Assembly (NCBI GenBank): GCA_035641275.1
Contig: DASQUN010000594.1
Coordinates: 1-35,713, forward strand
Reading direction: 5' to 3'
Length of the DNA stretch: 35,713 nucleotides
Source: Candidatus Udaeobacter sp.
Lineage (GTDB): Bacteria; Desulfobacterota; Binatia; UBA9968
Below the pieces are notes generated by a model. It did no database searches. It worked only from the letters and a program-made list of their open reading frames with translations, and was not told where the DNA came from. Shown here in pieces: positions 1-8,160 of this stretch. The translations under genes and the position numbers were made by a program. Each line of letters starts with the position of its first letter. Position 1 is the stretch's first letter.

Positions 1-767
1 TCAGCGTCCCGGGCGAGAAGCTTGAGGTCCTCCGGGGTTTCGGTAATGGGTGGAACGACGGCTGATTCTTCAGGGACCATTTTCCCGTCTGGCAGCAAAT
101 TCCACGCGGTTACTTCGGTTGTTTCCCAGCCACGTCCGTTCCAACGGGCCACGGGGGTTTCGACGAATCCGCGCAAACTAAAATCGCGATTGAGAAGAAA
201 AATTGTCACGCCTTGCAAGGTATTCGTCGCGGTATCGAAATTATTGACGTTGATAAAGCTTCCCTCTCCCCTGATCCAAATATCGGCCGTTCCGAATAGG
301 CTTTGCTGCTGTTTGCCTTTGACCTCAGTCTTGAAGATCGTTTGCGCCTGATGCGCGAAAATCGGTACGAGTGTTTCATTCCAGAAAAAGGTGAACAGGC
401 AGATAAACGACGAGAGAAGGATTAGGGGAAGTGCAATACGTTGAACGCTGATCCCACTGGAGCGCATTGCCGTCATCTCGTTTGTTCGCGTCATCATTCC
501 CAGGCAAAACAAAGCCGAGAACAAAGTGGCAAAACCAATCACGCGAGAGATCGAGAGAGGGGCTTTGAAGAAAAAATAACGCATGATGGTCCAGATGGGG
601 GCTCCAGTGTTGAGAAAAGTGCTGATGCGGTCAAAGAAATCAACGATAACATAGAGCGACGTGACGCAGACCAGGCTCGTAAAGAAGACGCGCAGGAACG
701 CCTGAACCAAATAGCGATCGAGAATGCTACCCACAGGCAGAAAGGTGACTTGGTTTCTAACTTCCAT
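1..767 (-). CDS. lptG: LptG-like LPS-export ABC permease (YjgP/YjgQ family), 3' end cut by window edge
   Basis: Not in the ORF track because there is no stop in the window. My translation of the minus strand from the ATG at 767 gives MEVRNQVTFLPVGSILDRYLVQAFLRVFFTSLVCVTSLYVIVDFFDRIS...NEMTAMRSSGISVQRIALPLIL. The ILDRYL N-terminus and the E(M/L)xAMxxSGIS motif are typical of LptF/LptG. The start overlaps the stop of the upstream paralogue by 11 nt. Confidence 0.8.
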   Translation of the reverse strand, partial: MEVRNQVTFLPVGSILDRYLVQAFLRVFFTSLVCVTSLYVIVDFFDRISTFLNTGAPIWTIMRYFFFKAPLSISRVIGFATLFSALFCLGMMTRTNEMTAMRSSGISVQRIALPLILLSSFICLFTFFWNETLVPIFAHQAQTIFKTEVKGKQQQSLFGTADIWIRGEGSFINVNNFDTATNTLQGVTIFLLNRDFSLRGFVETPVARWNGRGWETTEVTAWNLLPDGKMVPEESAVVPPITETPEDLKLLARDA

Positions 768-2040
768 GCTGTGATTTCAAGTGTTTCCCTTTCCGCTTGA
801 GTCGGTCCATATATTGCCCTCCCAAGGCGAACACGACATCGAGCTTAGATTGAAGCAATAGCGGAGATTCACGGAGCGCCTTATTGAAGAAGTGAATGGC
901 AATGCCTCCCACGACGATGTTCGGAAGCCACAGGGCCGGGATCGGATTAAGAATGCCTTGGTCGCCGAGTGCCTTCCCGAGAGATAGAAGCGCGTAATAC
1001 GTGAGCAGCCAAAACAGACAGAGCATGAATCCCCAAGAGCGATTGGCTCGAGAGCTTCTGGGCAGTAGAGTCAAAGATACACCGAGCAGACAGAAGACGA
1101 TGGGGGCGAAACCAAACGAGATCCGTTGCTGTAATTCCATGAGCTCGGGAATCACTCGGGTTCCGCGGTTTTGTTTGTCGCGAATGGTTTTGAGCAAGTG
1201 CCGGAGGGACATTTCTTTTGGTCCGGCTTCTCTTCTTCGAACCGGCGCGATAAGATCGTCCAGGTCTAGCTTGAAATCGTAGATATTGAAACGCGTCTGG
1301 CTAAAGCCGGGGCGATTCTTTTGTCGTTCGTAAATCGAACCGTCGAAAAGTTTCAGTCCCAAACTATTGGTCTCATCGTCGGTTGTGATAAGTGCGACTT
1401 TTCCGAGGATTATACTCTCTCTAACTTGCTCCCTTTTATCGACAATTAAGACGCCCTGGACAGTGTTTCCTGGTGGAATGACTTCCTCGACGTAGATAAG
1501 AATCTTGGGAAAATCATCATTGAAGACCTTTTCTTTCAAAGCGGTTCCAACACGAGTCTTGGCAATGTTATACAGTTCCTTCTTGAGTGCTAGATTGGCT
1601 GCCGGTCGAGCGAAAGTGGTCAGAAAAAGGGTCATGATCGCGACACCCACTGCGACAGTCCCGATTGGCCAAAGGATTTGCGTGGGGCTGATGCCGGACG
1701 CTTTCATAGCGAGAAGCTCTTGATCGTTTGACAGTCGCCCTAGGCCTAGAAGGATGGCCAAAAGAAAAGCCATAGGCACAGTCAGCTCCAAAAACGTGGG
1801 TAGGATGAGCGAGAACAATTTCCCAATTTGAAGCAGCGGGACCCCACGGGCTATCACGAGTTCAACGAGTCTCAGGATCCGCGCAATCAAGAGAATGAAC
1901 GTGAAGGCCAAGAGTCCGAACCAAAACGGGGGAAGAATTTCAAAAATAAGATAGCGAAAAAGTGTCTTTCTCTTCACGGTCCGGACCTGTTCTCTGGTGA
2001 TCCTTTTTTGTAAAATCCTTTCGTTAAAAAAACAACTCAT
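757..2040 (-). CDS. lptF: LptF-like LPS-export ABC permease (YjgP/YjgQ family)
   Basis: 427-aa ORF with multiple hydrophobic segments and the motif ELLAMKASGISPTQILWPI. It is the first gene of a tandem permease pair. An in-frame GTG at 1977 would give (M)KRKTLFRYLIFEILPPF, a more family-typical N-terminus, so the start is uncertain. Confidence 0.8.
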   Translation of the reverse strand: MSCFFNERILQKRITREQVRTVKRKTLFRYLIFEILPPFWFGLLAFTFILLIARILRLVELVIARGVPLLQIGKLFSLILPTFLELTVPMAFLLAILLGLGRLSNDQELLAMKASGISPTQILWPIGTVAVGVAIMTLFLTTFARPAANLALKKELYNIAKTRVGTALKEKVFNDDFPKILIYVEEVIPPGNTVQGVLIVDKREQVRESIILGKVALITTDDETNSLGLKLFDGSIYERQKNRPGFSQTRFNIYDFKLDLDDLIAPVRRREAGPKEMSLRHLLKTIRDKQNRGTRVIPELMELQQRISFGFAPIVFCLLGVSLTLLPRSSRANRSWGFMLCLFWLLTYYALLSLGKALGDQGILNPIPALWLPNIVVGGIAIHFFNKALRESPLLLQSKLDVVFALGGQYMDRLKRKGKHLKSQHGS

Positions 2041-2042
2041 CG

Positions 2043-2810
2043 ATGAGCGAAAAAGCCTTTATTTTCGGAATTAATCCTGTCATCGAAAAATTGAAGGCGT
2101 CGGCCCATGACGTGTCGGAAATCCTGATCCTCAGCCGCCCCCAGAGGCCGGCGCTGCGGTCGATTGCAGCCGAAGCGAGGCGCCTTGGATTGCGCGTAAC
2201 CTATGTAAATCCTGATTTGTTGAGGCGATTAGTCGGTGGAGAAAATCACCAAGGTGTATTAGCGAAAGTTGAGCCATACGCTTGCCTACCATTCTCTGAA
2301 TTGGTCGAGGGGGTTTCCACGTCTCTTACCGCTGAGAGGGTTTTGATTTTGGATGGTTTGACCGACCCGCGCAACTTCGGCGCTCTTTTGCGAACTGCTG
2401 AGGCGGTTGGAGTTCAGCACGTCCTGATTCCCAAGGACCGTTCTGTCAGCGTGACGCCGACAGTGGTCAAGACTTCCGCCGGGGCCATTCATCACCTCAA
2501 GGTGTACAAGACCACGAATTTGAGACGCGCCATTGCGACCCTCAAAGAACGTGGTTTCTGGGTGGTCGGACTGGATGTCCAAGCCCGGGCAGGTATTTAT
2601 GACATTGTGTACCCGAAGCGGCTGGCCATTATCTTGGGTAGCGAGGGAAAGGGCGTTCGGCCAATTCTGCTCGGGGAATGCGATTATCTCATATCAATCC
2701 CGATGTTAGGGAGAATCGCCTCGTTGAACGTCGCTGTGGCGGGAGCCGTTTTTCTCTACGAGCTCCTTCGACAAGAGCAAGCGTTGACAAAGGCTGAGGC
2801 TAAGGGATAA
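2043..2810 (+). CDS. rlmB: SpoU/TrmH-family RNA 2'-O-ribose methyltransferase, RlmB-like (23S rRNA Gm methyltransferase)
   Basis: 255 aa. The N-terminal substrate-binding-like region is followed by SpoU motifs LDGLTDPRNFGALLRTAEAVGV, ILGSEGKGVRP and IPMLGRIASLNVAVAGAVFLYE. Confidence 0.8.
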   Translation: MSEKAFIFGINPVIEKLKASAHDVSEILILSRPQRPALRSIAAEARRLGLRVTYVNPDLLRRLVGGENHQGVLAKVEPYACLPFSELVEGVSTSLTAERVLILDGLTDPRNFGALLRTAEAVGVQHVLIPKDRSVSVTPTVVKTSAGAIHHLKVYKTTNLRRAIATLKERGFWVVGLDVQARAGIYDIVYPKRLAIILGSEGKGVRPILLGECDYLISIPMLGRIASLNVAVAGAVFLYELLRQEQALTKAEAKG

Positions 2811-2864
2811 TAGGGTCATCAGGGGTTCTGTCTGAGAATCCGGACGGATCAAAAGCCTTGCCTG

Positions 2865-2894
2865 TTGACATAATACCCTGAAGATGTTTTAAAT
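2865..2894 (+). promoter_or_regulatory. Candidate sigma70-type promoter for the tRNA-tuf transcription unit
   Basis: Perfect -35 TTGACA at 2865-2870. It is followed either by a 17-nt spacer ending in TGt and TTTAAA (2888-2893), or by an 18-nt spacer and TTAAAT (2889-2894). It lies about 150 nt upstream of the first tRNA in a 236-nt non-coding gap. This is a sequence match only. Confidence 0.4.
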
Positions 2895-3046
2895 AGGCGT
2901 TTGCTAATGGGGAAAAGTGTCTCGGCCATTTGCCTTGATGGCTTAGGATTCCATTGTTAATCAGCCGTAATTAATCATTTCCGCTGCCCTTCGAAAGGCA
3001 AGTTCGAAGCTTTTGTGTCGGCACGCAAAGTTCTTTTTTAGACTAG

Positions 3047-3121
3047 GCTGGCGTAGCTCAACGGCAGAGCAGCTGATTTGTAATCAGCAGGTTGTAGGTT
3101 CAAGTCCTATCGCCAGCTCCA
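3047..3121 (+). tRNA. tRNA-Thr (anticodon TGT), CCA encoded
   Basis: Hand-folded cloverleaf: acceptor GCTGGCG/CGCCAGC, anticodon arm GCTGA-TTTGTAA-TCAGC, T arm GTAGG-TTCAAGT-CCTAT, then T-CCA. Confidence 0.93.
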
Positions 3122-3216
3122 TTCAGAAGGAATTGAGATTAGATAAAATCAAATCTGCGGAGGCCTTTCGGCGCCGCACCCTTATTATTGAAGCTGTTGG
3201 AGGTTTAGGGAGAAGA

Positions 3217-3301
<85 letters not shown>

Positions 3302-3312
3302 ATTTTCTTCTT

Positions 3313-3388
3313 GCGGGAATAGCTCAGTTGGTAGAGCGCGAGCCTTCCAAGCTCGGGGTCGCGGGTTCGAGTCCCGTTTCCCGCTCCA
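3313..3388 (+). tRNA. tRNA-Gly (anticodon TCC), CCA encoded
   Basis: Acceptor GCGGGAA/TTCCCGC, D arm AGCTCAGTTGGTAGAGC, anticodon arm CGAGC-CTTCCAA-GCTCG, T arm GCGGG-TTCGAGT-CCCGT, then T-CCA. Confidence 0.93.
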
Positions 3389-3474
3389 GTTTGTGTATAG
3401 GCAATGGCATATAGCGGGCGGTTCGGTCTTCATTTCGGAGCAGTCGCCATAGGCTGTGAGCCATCGACCGATAT

Positions 3475-3547
3475 GCCCAGGTAGCTCAGTCGGTAGAGCA
3501 CGTCCTTGGTAAGGACGAGGTCGGCGGTTCAATCCCGCTCCTGGGCT
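3475..3547 (+). tRNA. tRNA-Thr (anticodon GGT), no encoded CCA
   Basis: Acceptor GCCCAGG/CCTGGGC, anticodon arm CGTCC-TTGGTAA-GGACG, T arm GGCGG-TTCAATC-CCGCT. The discriminator T is followed by TTT rather than CCA. Confidence 0.9.
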
Positions 3548-3636
3548 TTTGCCGGGCTTGTGGTTTCAAAAGTTTCACAAGAAATAATGAAGAAAGATAA
3601 TTGAGGAACGGAACGGCAAATTAATAGGAGGATGAG

Positions 3637-4827
3637 ATGAGCAAACAAAAATTTGAGCGAAAAAAGCCGCACCTGAACATCGGGACAATCGGCCATGTAG
3701 ACCATGGCAAAACGACTTTGACCGCTGCCATCACCAAGGTTCTGGAAAAGCAAGGAAGAGCCAAGTTCATGGCCTATGATCAAATCGATAAGGCGCCGGA
3801 AGAAAGAGAGCGGGGCGTTACGATCAATATCGCCCACGTCGAATATGAGACCGATAAACGCCATTATGCGCACGTCGATTGTCCGGGCCACGCCGACTAC
3901 ATCAAGAACATGATTACCGGAGCGGCGCAGATGGATGGGGCCATTCTCGTTGTGTCGGCTGCGGACGGCCCGATGCCGCAGACTCGCGAGCACATCCTCT
4001 TGGCACGTCAGGTCGGAGTACCCGCCATCGTTGTCTTCCTTAATAAGGCGGACATGGTGGATGACAAAGAGCTGCTGGACCTCGTGGAACTTGAAGTACG
4101 CGAACTGCTTTCCAAATATAAATTTCCTGGCGATGACACGCCGATCGTCATCGGCAGTGCATTGAAGGCTTTGGAAGGTGATGCCTCTGAAATGGGCGAA
4201 GGAGCTATCTTAAAGCTCATGGATGCGGTTGATTCGTTTGTTAAAGAGCCGACGCGAGATATCGACAAGCCGTTTATCATGCCTGTTGAAGATGTCTTCA
4301 CGATCAGTGGCCGAGGCACGGTAGTCACAGGTCGTGTTGAGCGGGGAATCGTTAAGGTCGGCGATGAAATCGAAATCGTTGGCTTTCGGGATACTCAGAA
4401 GACCGTCGCAACCGGGGTGGAGATGTTCCGCAAACTTCTGGATGAAGGTCAAGCCGGCGACAATATCGGAGTGCTACTTCGCGGAACCAAGCGCGAGGAA
4501 GTAGAGCGCGGTCAGGTTTTGGCTAAACCAGGAAGCATTACGCCGCACACGAAATTTAATGCGGAGGCCTATGTCCTGACCAAAGAGGAAGGTGGAAGAC
4601 ATACCCCGTTCTTCAATGGTTACCGGCCGCAATTCTATTTCCGAACGACCGACGTTACGGGCGTCGTGAAACTCCCAGAGGGTACCGAAATGATCATGCC
4701 GGGTGATAATATCAATGTGGAGATCGAACTGATTACCCCGGTGGCCATGGATGAAGGATTGAAGTTCGCGATCCGCGAAGGCGGCAGAACGGTCGGCGCG
4801 GGAGTCGTGACAAAGATCATGCAATAA
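3637..4827 (+). CDS. tuf: Elongation factor Tu
   Basis: 396 aa with [18 protein letters not shown] and NKADMV GTPase motifs. Strong SD (AGGAGGA) upstream. Sits in the tRNA-Thr/Tyr/Gly/Thr-tuf context, as in the E. coli thrU-tyrU-glyT-thrT-tufB operon. Confidence 0.99.
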   Translation: MSKQKFERKKPHLNIGTIGHVDHGKTTLTAAITKVLEKQGRAKFMAYDQIDKAPEERERGVTINIAHVEYETDKRHYAHVDCPGHADYIKNMITGAAQMDGAILVVSAADGPMPQTREHILLARQVGVPAIVVFLNKADMVDDKELLDLVELEVRELLSKYKFPGDDTPIVIGSALKALEGDASEMGEGAILKLMDAVDSFVKEPTRDIDKPFIMPVEDVFTISGRGTVVTGRVERGIVKVGDEIEIVGFRDTQKTVATGVEMFRKLLDEGQAGDNIGVLLRGTKREEVERGQVLAKPGSITPHTKFNAEAYVLTKEEGGRHTPFFNGYRPQFYFRTTDVTGVVKLPEGTEMIMPGDNINVEIELITPVAMDEGLKFAIREGGRTVGAGVVTKIMQ

Positions 4828-4850
4828 CGCCAGACGCAGGAGGTACGGCC

Positions 4851-5003
4851 ATGCGCGAACTCGTAGGCTTTGCTTGTGATCAATGCAAGCGAAAGAATTA
4901 CACCACGACGAAAAACAGAAAGAAGACCACAGACAAACTGGCTCTAAAGAAATTCTGTTCTTCTTGCCGGATCCATACCTTGCATCGGGAGGTAAAGATC
5001 TGA
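4851..5003 (+). CDS. rpmG: 50S ribosomal protein L33 (Zn-ribbon form)
   Basis: Below the ORF-track size cut-off. My translation: MRELVGFACDQCKRKNYTTTKNRKKTTDKLALKKFCSSCRIHTLHREVKI (50 aa), with CxxC...CxxC. SD GCAGGAGG lies upstream. The tuf-rpmG-tRNA-Trp-secE position is conserved. Confidence 0.93.
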   Translation: MRELVGFACDQCKRKNYTTTKNRKKTTDKLALKKFCSSCRIHTLHREVKI

Positions 5004-5013
5004 GGAGAGAGAA

Positions 5014-5091
5014 GGGTCAGTAGCTCCAATTGGCTAGAGCGCCGGACTCCAAATCCGGTTGTTGCAGGTTCGAGTCCTGCCTGACCCGCCA
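5014..5091 (+). tRNA. tRNA-Trp (anticodon CCA), CCA end encoded
   Basis: Acceptor GGGTCAG/CTGACCC, anticodon arm CCGGA-CTCCAAA-TCCGG, T arm GCAGG-TTCGAGT-CCTGC, then G-CCA. Conserved position upstream of secE. Confidence 0.9.
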
Positions 5092-5108
5092 TTTTAGTCG
5101 CTAACGTC

Positions 5109-5324
5109 ATGGGAGATTGGATCCAAAGAGCTCAGGATGGGGTTCGGCATGCAACCGAGTTCTTTGAGGAAGCCTGGCAAGAGCTCAAGAAAGTGCATTG
5201 GCCGTCGCGTAAAGAGACTTACGCGGCGACACTGGTTGTCCTGGTTGTGGTCGTTTTGATTTCCATCTATCTCGCCCTGGTGGATTTAGGCCTGACCAAG
5301 GCTATTCAGGCCATCATTGACTAG
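5109..5324 (+). CDS. secE: Preprotein translocase subunit SecE (single-TM form)
   Basis: 71 aa with ELKKVHWPSRKET followed by one hydrophobic helix. Synteny with nusG. Confidence 0.93.
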   Translation: MGDWIQRAQDGVRHATEFFEEAWQELKKVHWPSRKETYAATLVVLVVVVLISIYLALVDLGLTKAIQAIID

Positions 5325-5341
5325 TTTCTTGGGTCATCCGT

Positions 5342-5872
5342 ATGGCTAAACAGTGGTACATCGTTCATACCTTTTCCGGATATGAACAAAAGGCGAAGGC
5401 CGCGCTCGAGGAAAGAATCAAAGCGCTGGGCAAGCAAGACTATTTCGGGGACATTTTAGTACCGGTCGAGAAGGTCGTCGAGCTGGTCAAGGGGAAGAAG
5501 AGAACGTCTTCGAGGAAGTTTTTCCCGGGCTATATTTTGGTTCAGATGGAGCTGAACGATGACACCTGGCATGTGGTCAAGGAAACACCGAAAGTCACGG
5601 GATTTGTCGGTGGCAGTACCAATCCGCCTCCCGTAAGTGAAGAGGAGGTAAGAACGATCACTCAGCAGATGGAAGAAGGGGCCATAAAGCCGAAGCCTCG
5701 GATTCTTTTCTCAGTGGGCGAAAATGTGAAGGTTGTCGATGGCCCTTTTGCCGATTTCAACGGGGTTGTCGAGGAAGTTCGTCCTGACAAAGGAAAGCTC
5801 AGAGTGCTGATCAGCATTTTCGGTCGAGCAACCCCCGTGGAGCTGGAATTTGTGCAGGTGGAACGGAACTAG
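5342..5872 (+). CDS. nusG: Transcription termination/antitermination factor NusG
   Basis: 176 aa. N-terminus MAKQWYIVHTFSGYEQK (NGN domain) and C-terminal KOW (GENVKVVDGPFADFNGVVEEV). Confidence 0.97.
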   Translation: MAKQWYIVHTFSGYEQKAKAALEERIKALGKQDYFGDILVPVEKVVELVKGKKRTSSRKFFPGYILVQMELNDDTWHVVKETPKVTGFVGGSTNPPPVSEEEVRTITQQMEEGAIKPKPRILFSVGENVKVVDGPFADFNGVVEEVRPDKGKLRVLISIFGRATPVELEFVQVERN

Positions 5873-5890
5873 ACAGAAGGATTTAGAGAA

Positions 5891-6316
5891 ATGGCGAAGA
5901 AGGTCATAGGCGAGATCAAGCTTCAGATACCAGCGGGTCAGGCCAATCCAAGCCCACCTGTGGGACCGGCCCTCGGTCAACGCGGCGTCAATATCATGGA
6001 GTTTTGTAAATCGTTCAATGCCGCAACGCAGTCTCAGCAGGGCATGATCATTCCCGTTATTATTACGGTTTACGCGGATCGTTCCTTTGCCTTTGTGACC
6101 AAGACTCCGCCAGCTTCGGTATTGCTCAAAAAGGCCGCCGGCGTTGAGAAGGGCTCTGCTGAGCCCGGAAAGACGAAAGTTGGCAAGGTGACCCGAGATC
6201 AGATTAGACAAATCGCCGAGCTTAAGCTCAAAGATCTAACGGCGAAGGACATTGCGGCGGCAGAAAAGTCGGTGGAGGGGACAGCTCGCAGTCTCGGTTT
6301 GGACGTTGAAGGTTGA
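5891..6316 (+). CDS. rplK: 50S ribosomal protein L11
   Basis: 141 aa with [34 protein letters not shown]. Confidence 0.98.
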   Translation: MAKKVIGEIKLQIPAGQANPSPPVGPALGQRGVNIMEFCKSFNAATQSQQGMIIPVIITVYADRSFAFVTKTPPASVLLKKAAGVEKGSAEPGKTKVGKVTRDQIRQIAELKLKDLTAKDIAAAEKSVEGTARSLGLDVEG

Positions 6317-6363
6317 GCCGGTCTGAGTCATGGGCTGGGCGAATTCTAGTTTTGGGGAAAAGC

Positions 6364-7068
6364 ATGAGTAGCAACGGTAAATCTTATCGAGCCGCAGTGG
6401 CGAAAGTGGATCGTAATCAGCGTTATCTTTTGGAGGACACGCTCCGGCTGGTGAAAGAGACCGCTAGGGCCAAATTTGACGAGACCGTTGAAATGGCCGT
6501 GCGCCTCGGTGTCGATCCGCGGCAGGCCGACCAGAATGTCCGCGGGACCGTCACGTTGCCTCACGGCATGGGAAAAGCCGTCCAGGTGCTCGCGTTTGCG
6601 AAGGGCGATAAGGAAAGGGAGGCGCAAGAAGCAGGTGCCGATTTCGTCGGCAGCGATGAGCTTATTAAAAGGATAAGCGAAGGTTGGTTTGATTTCGACA
6701 AGGCTGTAGCAACGCCAGATATGATGGGGGCTGTCGGACGCATCGGTAAGGTTCTAGGGCCTAGAGGGCTCATGCCGAATCCAAGAACGGGCACCGTGAC
6801 CATGGATATAGGGAAAGCGATAAAGGAAATCAAAGCGGGAAAATTGGAATTCCGAGTCGACAAGGCCGGCATCGTTCATGTACCGGTCGGCAAGGCTTCC
6901 TTTGGCGCTGAGCAGTTGATCGACAATGCGAAAGCGGTCTTGCTGTCTATTCTACGAGCCAAGCCGGCCTCTGCAAAAGGCAATTACGTACGGGGTGTGA
7001 CCCTTTCCACGACCATGGGACCGGGAATCAAAGTCGACCTGTCGCAGATCAGAGCGATGGCTGCGTAG
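6364..7068 (+). CDS. rplA: 50S ribosomal protein L1
   Basis: The ORF track starts at TTG 6313, inside the rplK stop. The ATG at 6364 is preceded by GGGGA 7 nt upstream and gives a 234-aa product of typical L1 length ([16 protein letters not shown]...). Contains the motif [11 protein letters not shown]. Confidence 0.95.
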   Translation: MSSNGKSYRAAVAKVDRNQRYLLEDTLRLVKETARAKFDETVEMAVRLGVDPRQADQNVRGTVTLPHGMGKAVQVLAFAKGDKEREAQEAGADFVGSDELIKRISEGWFDFDKAVATPDMMGAVGRIGKVLGPRGLMPNPRTGTVTMDIGKAIKEIKAGKLEFRVDKAGIVHVPVGKASFGAEQLIDNAKAVLLSILRAKPASAKGNYVRGVTLSTTMGPGIKVDLSQIRAMAA

Positions 7069-7127
7069 CTTGAAGTTCCCAAACAGTGAAGCGCTAAAAA
7101 CAAGGACCAGGGATTAGGGAGAGGAGA

Positions 7128-7670
7128 ATGGCAGAATTGGAAACTGCGCGTGCCAGCCATGCAGAAAAGGCCGAGACGGTCGCCGCTGTGCATGAGCGGT
7201 TAAGGGCGGCGAAAATGGCGATCCTCACAGAATACCGCGGGCTCTCGGTAGCCCAAATGACCCGACTGCGCCGTGAAATTCGCCAAGCCTCGGGCGAATA
7301 TCAAGTGATCAAGAATACGTTGGTGCGTCGAGCGCTCAAAGACACCGCATACGGCGATTTGGAGCGTCTGCTGGAAGGCCCCAATGGTTGGGCCTTGGCC
7401 TACGACGACCCAGTACTGCTCTCAAAAACGCTCGTTAAGTTTGTCGACGATAATGAAAAACTCACCATCAAGGGCGGGATTTTTGAAGGGCAGTTCATGG
7501 ATCCCGCCAAAGTAAAGGCGCTATCGCAAATGCCGAGCAAGCCGGAACTGCAAGCGAAACTTCTCGCGATGATTCAGGCTCCGGCGACACAATTGGCACG
7601 GCTCATTCAGGAACCCGGGGCGAGAGTGGTGAGGCTGTTGGAGACGTTGCGTAAGGGTAAATCGGAATAA
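7128..7670 (+). CDS. rplJ: 50S ribosomal protein L10
   Basis: 180 aa. SD GGGAGAGGAG upstream. Synteny rplA-rplJ-rplL. Motif [18 protein letters not shown]. Confidence 0.96.
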   Translation: MAELETARASHAEKAETVAAVHERLRAAKMAILTEYRGLSVAQMTRLRREIRQASGEYQVIKNTLVRRALKDTAYGDLERLLEGPNGWALAYDDPVLLSKTLVKFVDDNEKLTIKGGIFEGQFMDPAKVKALSQMPSKPELQAKLLAMIQAPATQLARLIQEPGARVVRLLETLRKGKSE

Positions 7671-7713
7671 GCTGAAAGTTTCGACCAGATCATACGAAAA
7701 GGGAGGAAGTTTT

Positions 7714-8091
7714 ATGGCAGAGGTATCAAAAGAGCAGGTCAAGGACTTCATTAAGAACATGACACTGATGGATGCGGCCGCTCTTGTGAAGGAACTCGAA
7801 GAAGAGCTAGGTGTGAGTGCCGCAGCTCCTGCAATTATGGCCGCGGCGGCGGCGGGACCTGCGGCGGCCGCCGAGGAGAAAACCGAGTTCAACGTCATTC
7901 TCGCAGAAGCTGGGGACAAGAAAATTCAAGTGATTAAAGTCGTGCGCGAACTGACCGGCCTGGGCTTGAAGGAGGCGAAGGACCTGGTGGATGGAGCGCC
8001 CAAAACTGTCAAAGAGGCTGTTCCCAAGGCTGAAGCCGAGACGATAAAAAAGAAGCTGGAGGAACAGGGGGCAAAAGTCGAGATCAAGTAG
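7714..8091 (+). CDS. rplL: 50S ribosomal protein L7/L12
   Basis: 125 aa. Ala-rich hinge and C-terminal domain [32 protein letters not shown]. Confidence 0.98.
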   Translation: MAEVSKEQVKDFIKNMTLMDAAALVKELEEELGVSAAAPAIMAAAAAGPAAAAEEKTEFNVILAEAGDKKIQVIKVVRELTGLGLKEAKDLVDGAPKTVKEAVPKAEAETIKKKLEEQGAKVEIK

Positions 8092-8160
8092 ATCGCCGTT
8101 TCCAGCTATCCGTGTTCGTTCAATTATGGATCATTTACCGAGTTCGATAGAGGAGCAAGC

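Noticed and set aside
22-800. Plus-strand ORFs 22-351 (109 aa) and 441-800 (119 aa) at the left edge.
   Set aside because: The opposite strand reads as a continuous LptG-like permease with family motifs from the ATG at 767 to the window edge. The plus-strand ORFs are its antisense shadows.
3557-3581. CTTGTG...CACAAG stem with a GTTTCA direct repeat in the tuf leader.
   Set aside because: It is only a 6-bp AT-rich stem with a 13-nt loop, too weak to call a structured element without comparative support.
6313-6363. Upstream-extended ORF-track starts for rplA (6313). The same applies to rplN (24712), rplE (25362), infA (31242), rpsK (32021) and rpoA (33207).
   Set aside because: The extensions overlap the preceding gene or add non-conserved residues. 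Downstream ATGs give canonical N-termini and lengths and are mostly preceded by SD motifs, except for infA.
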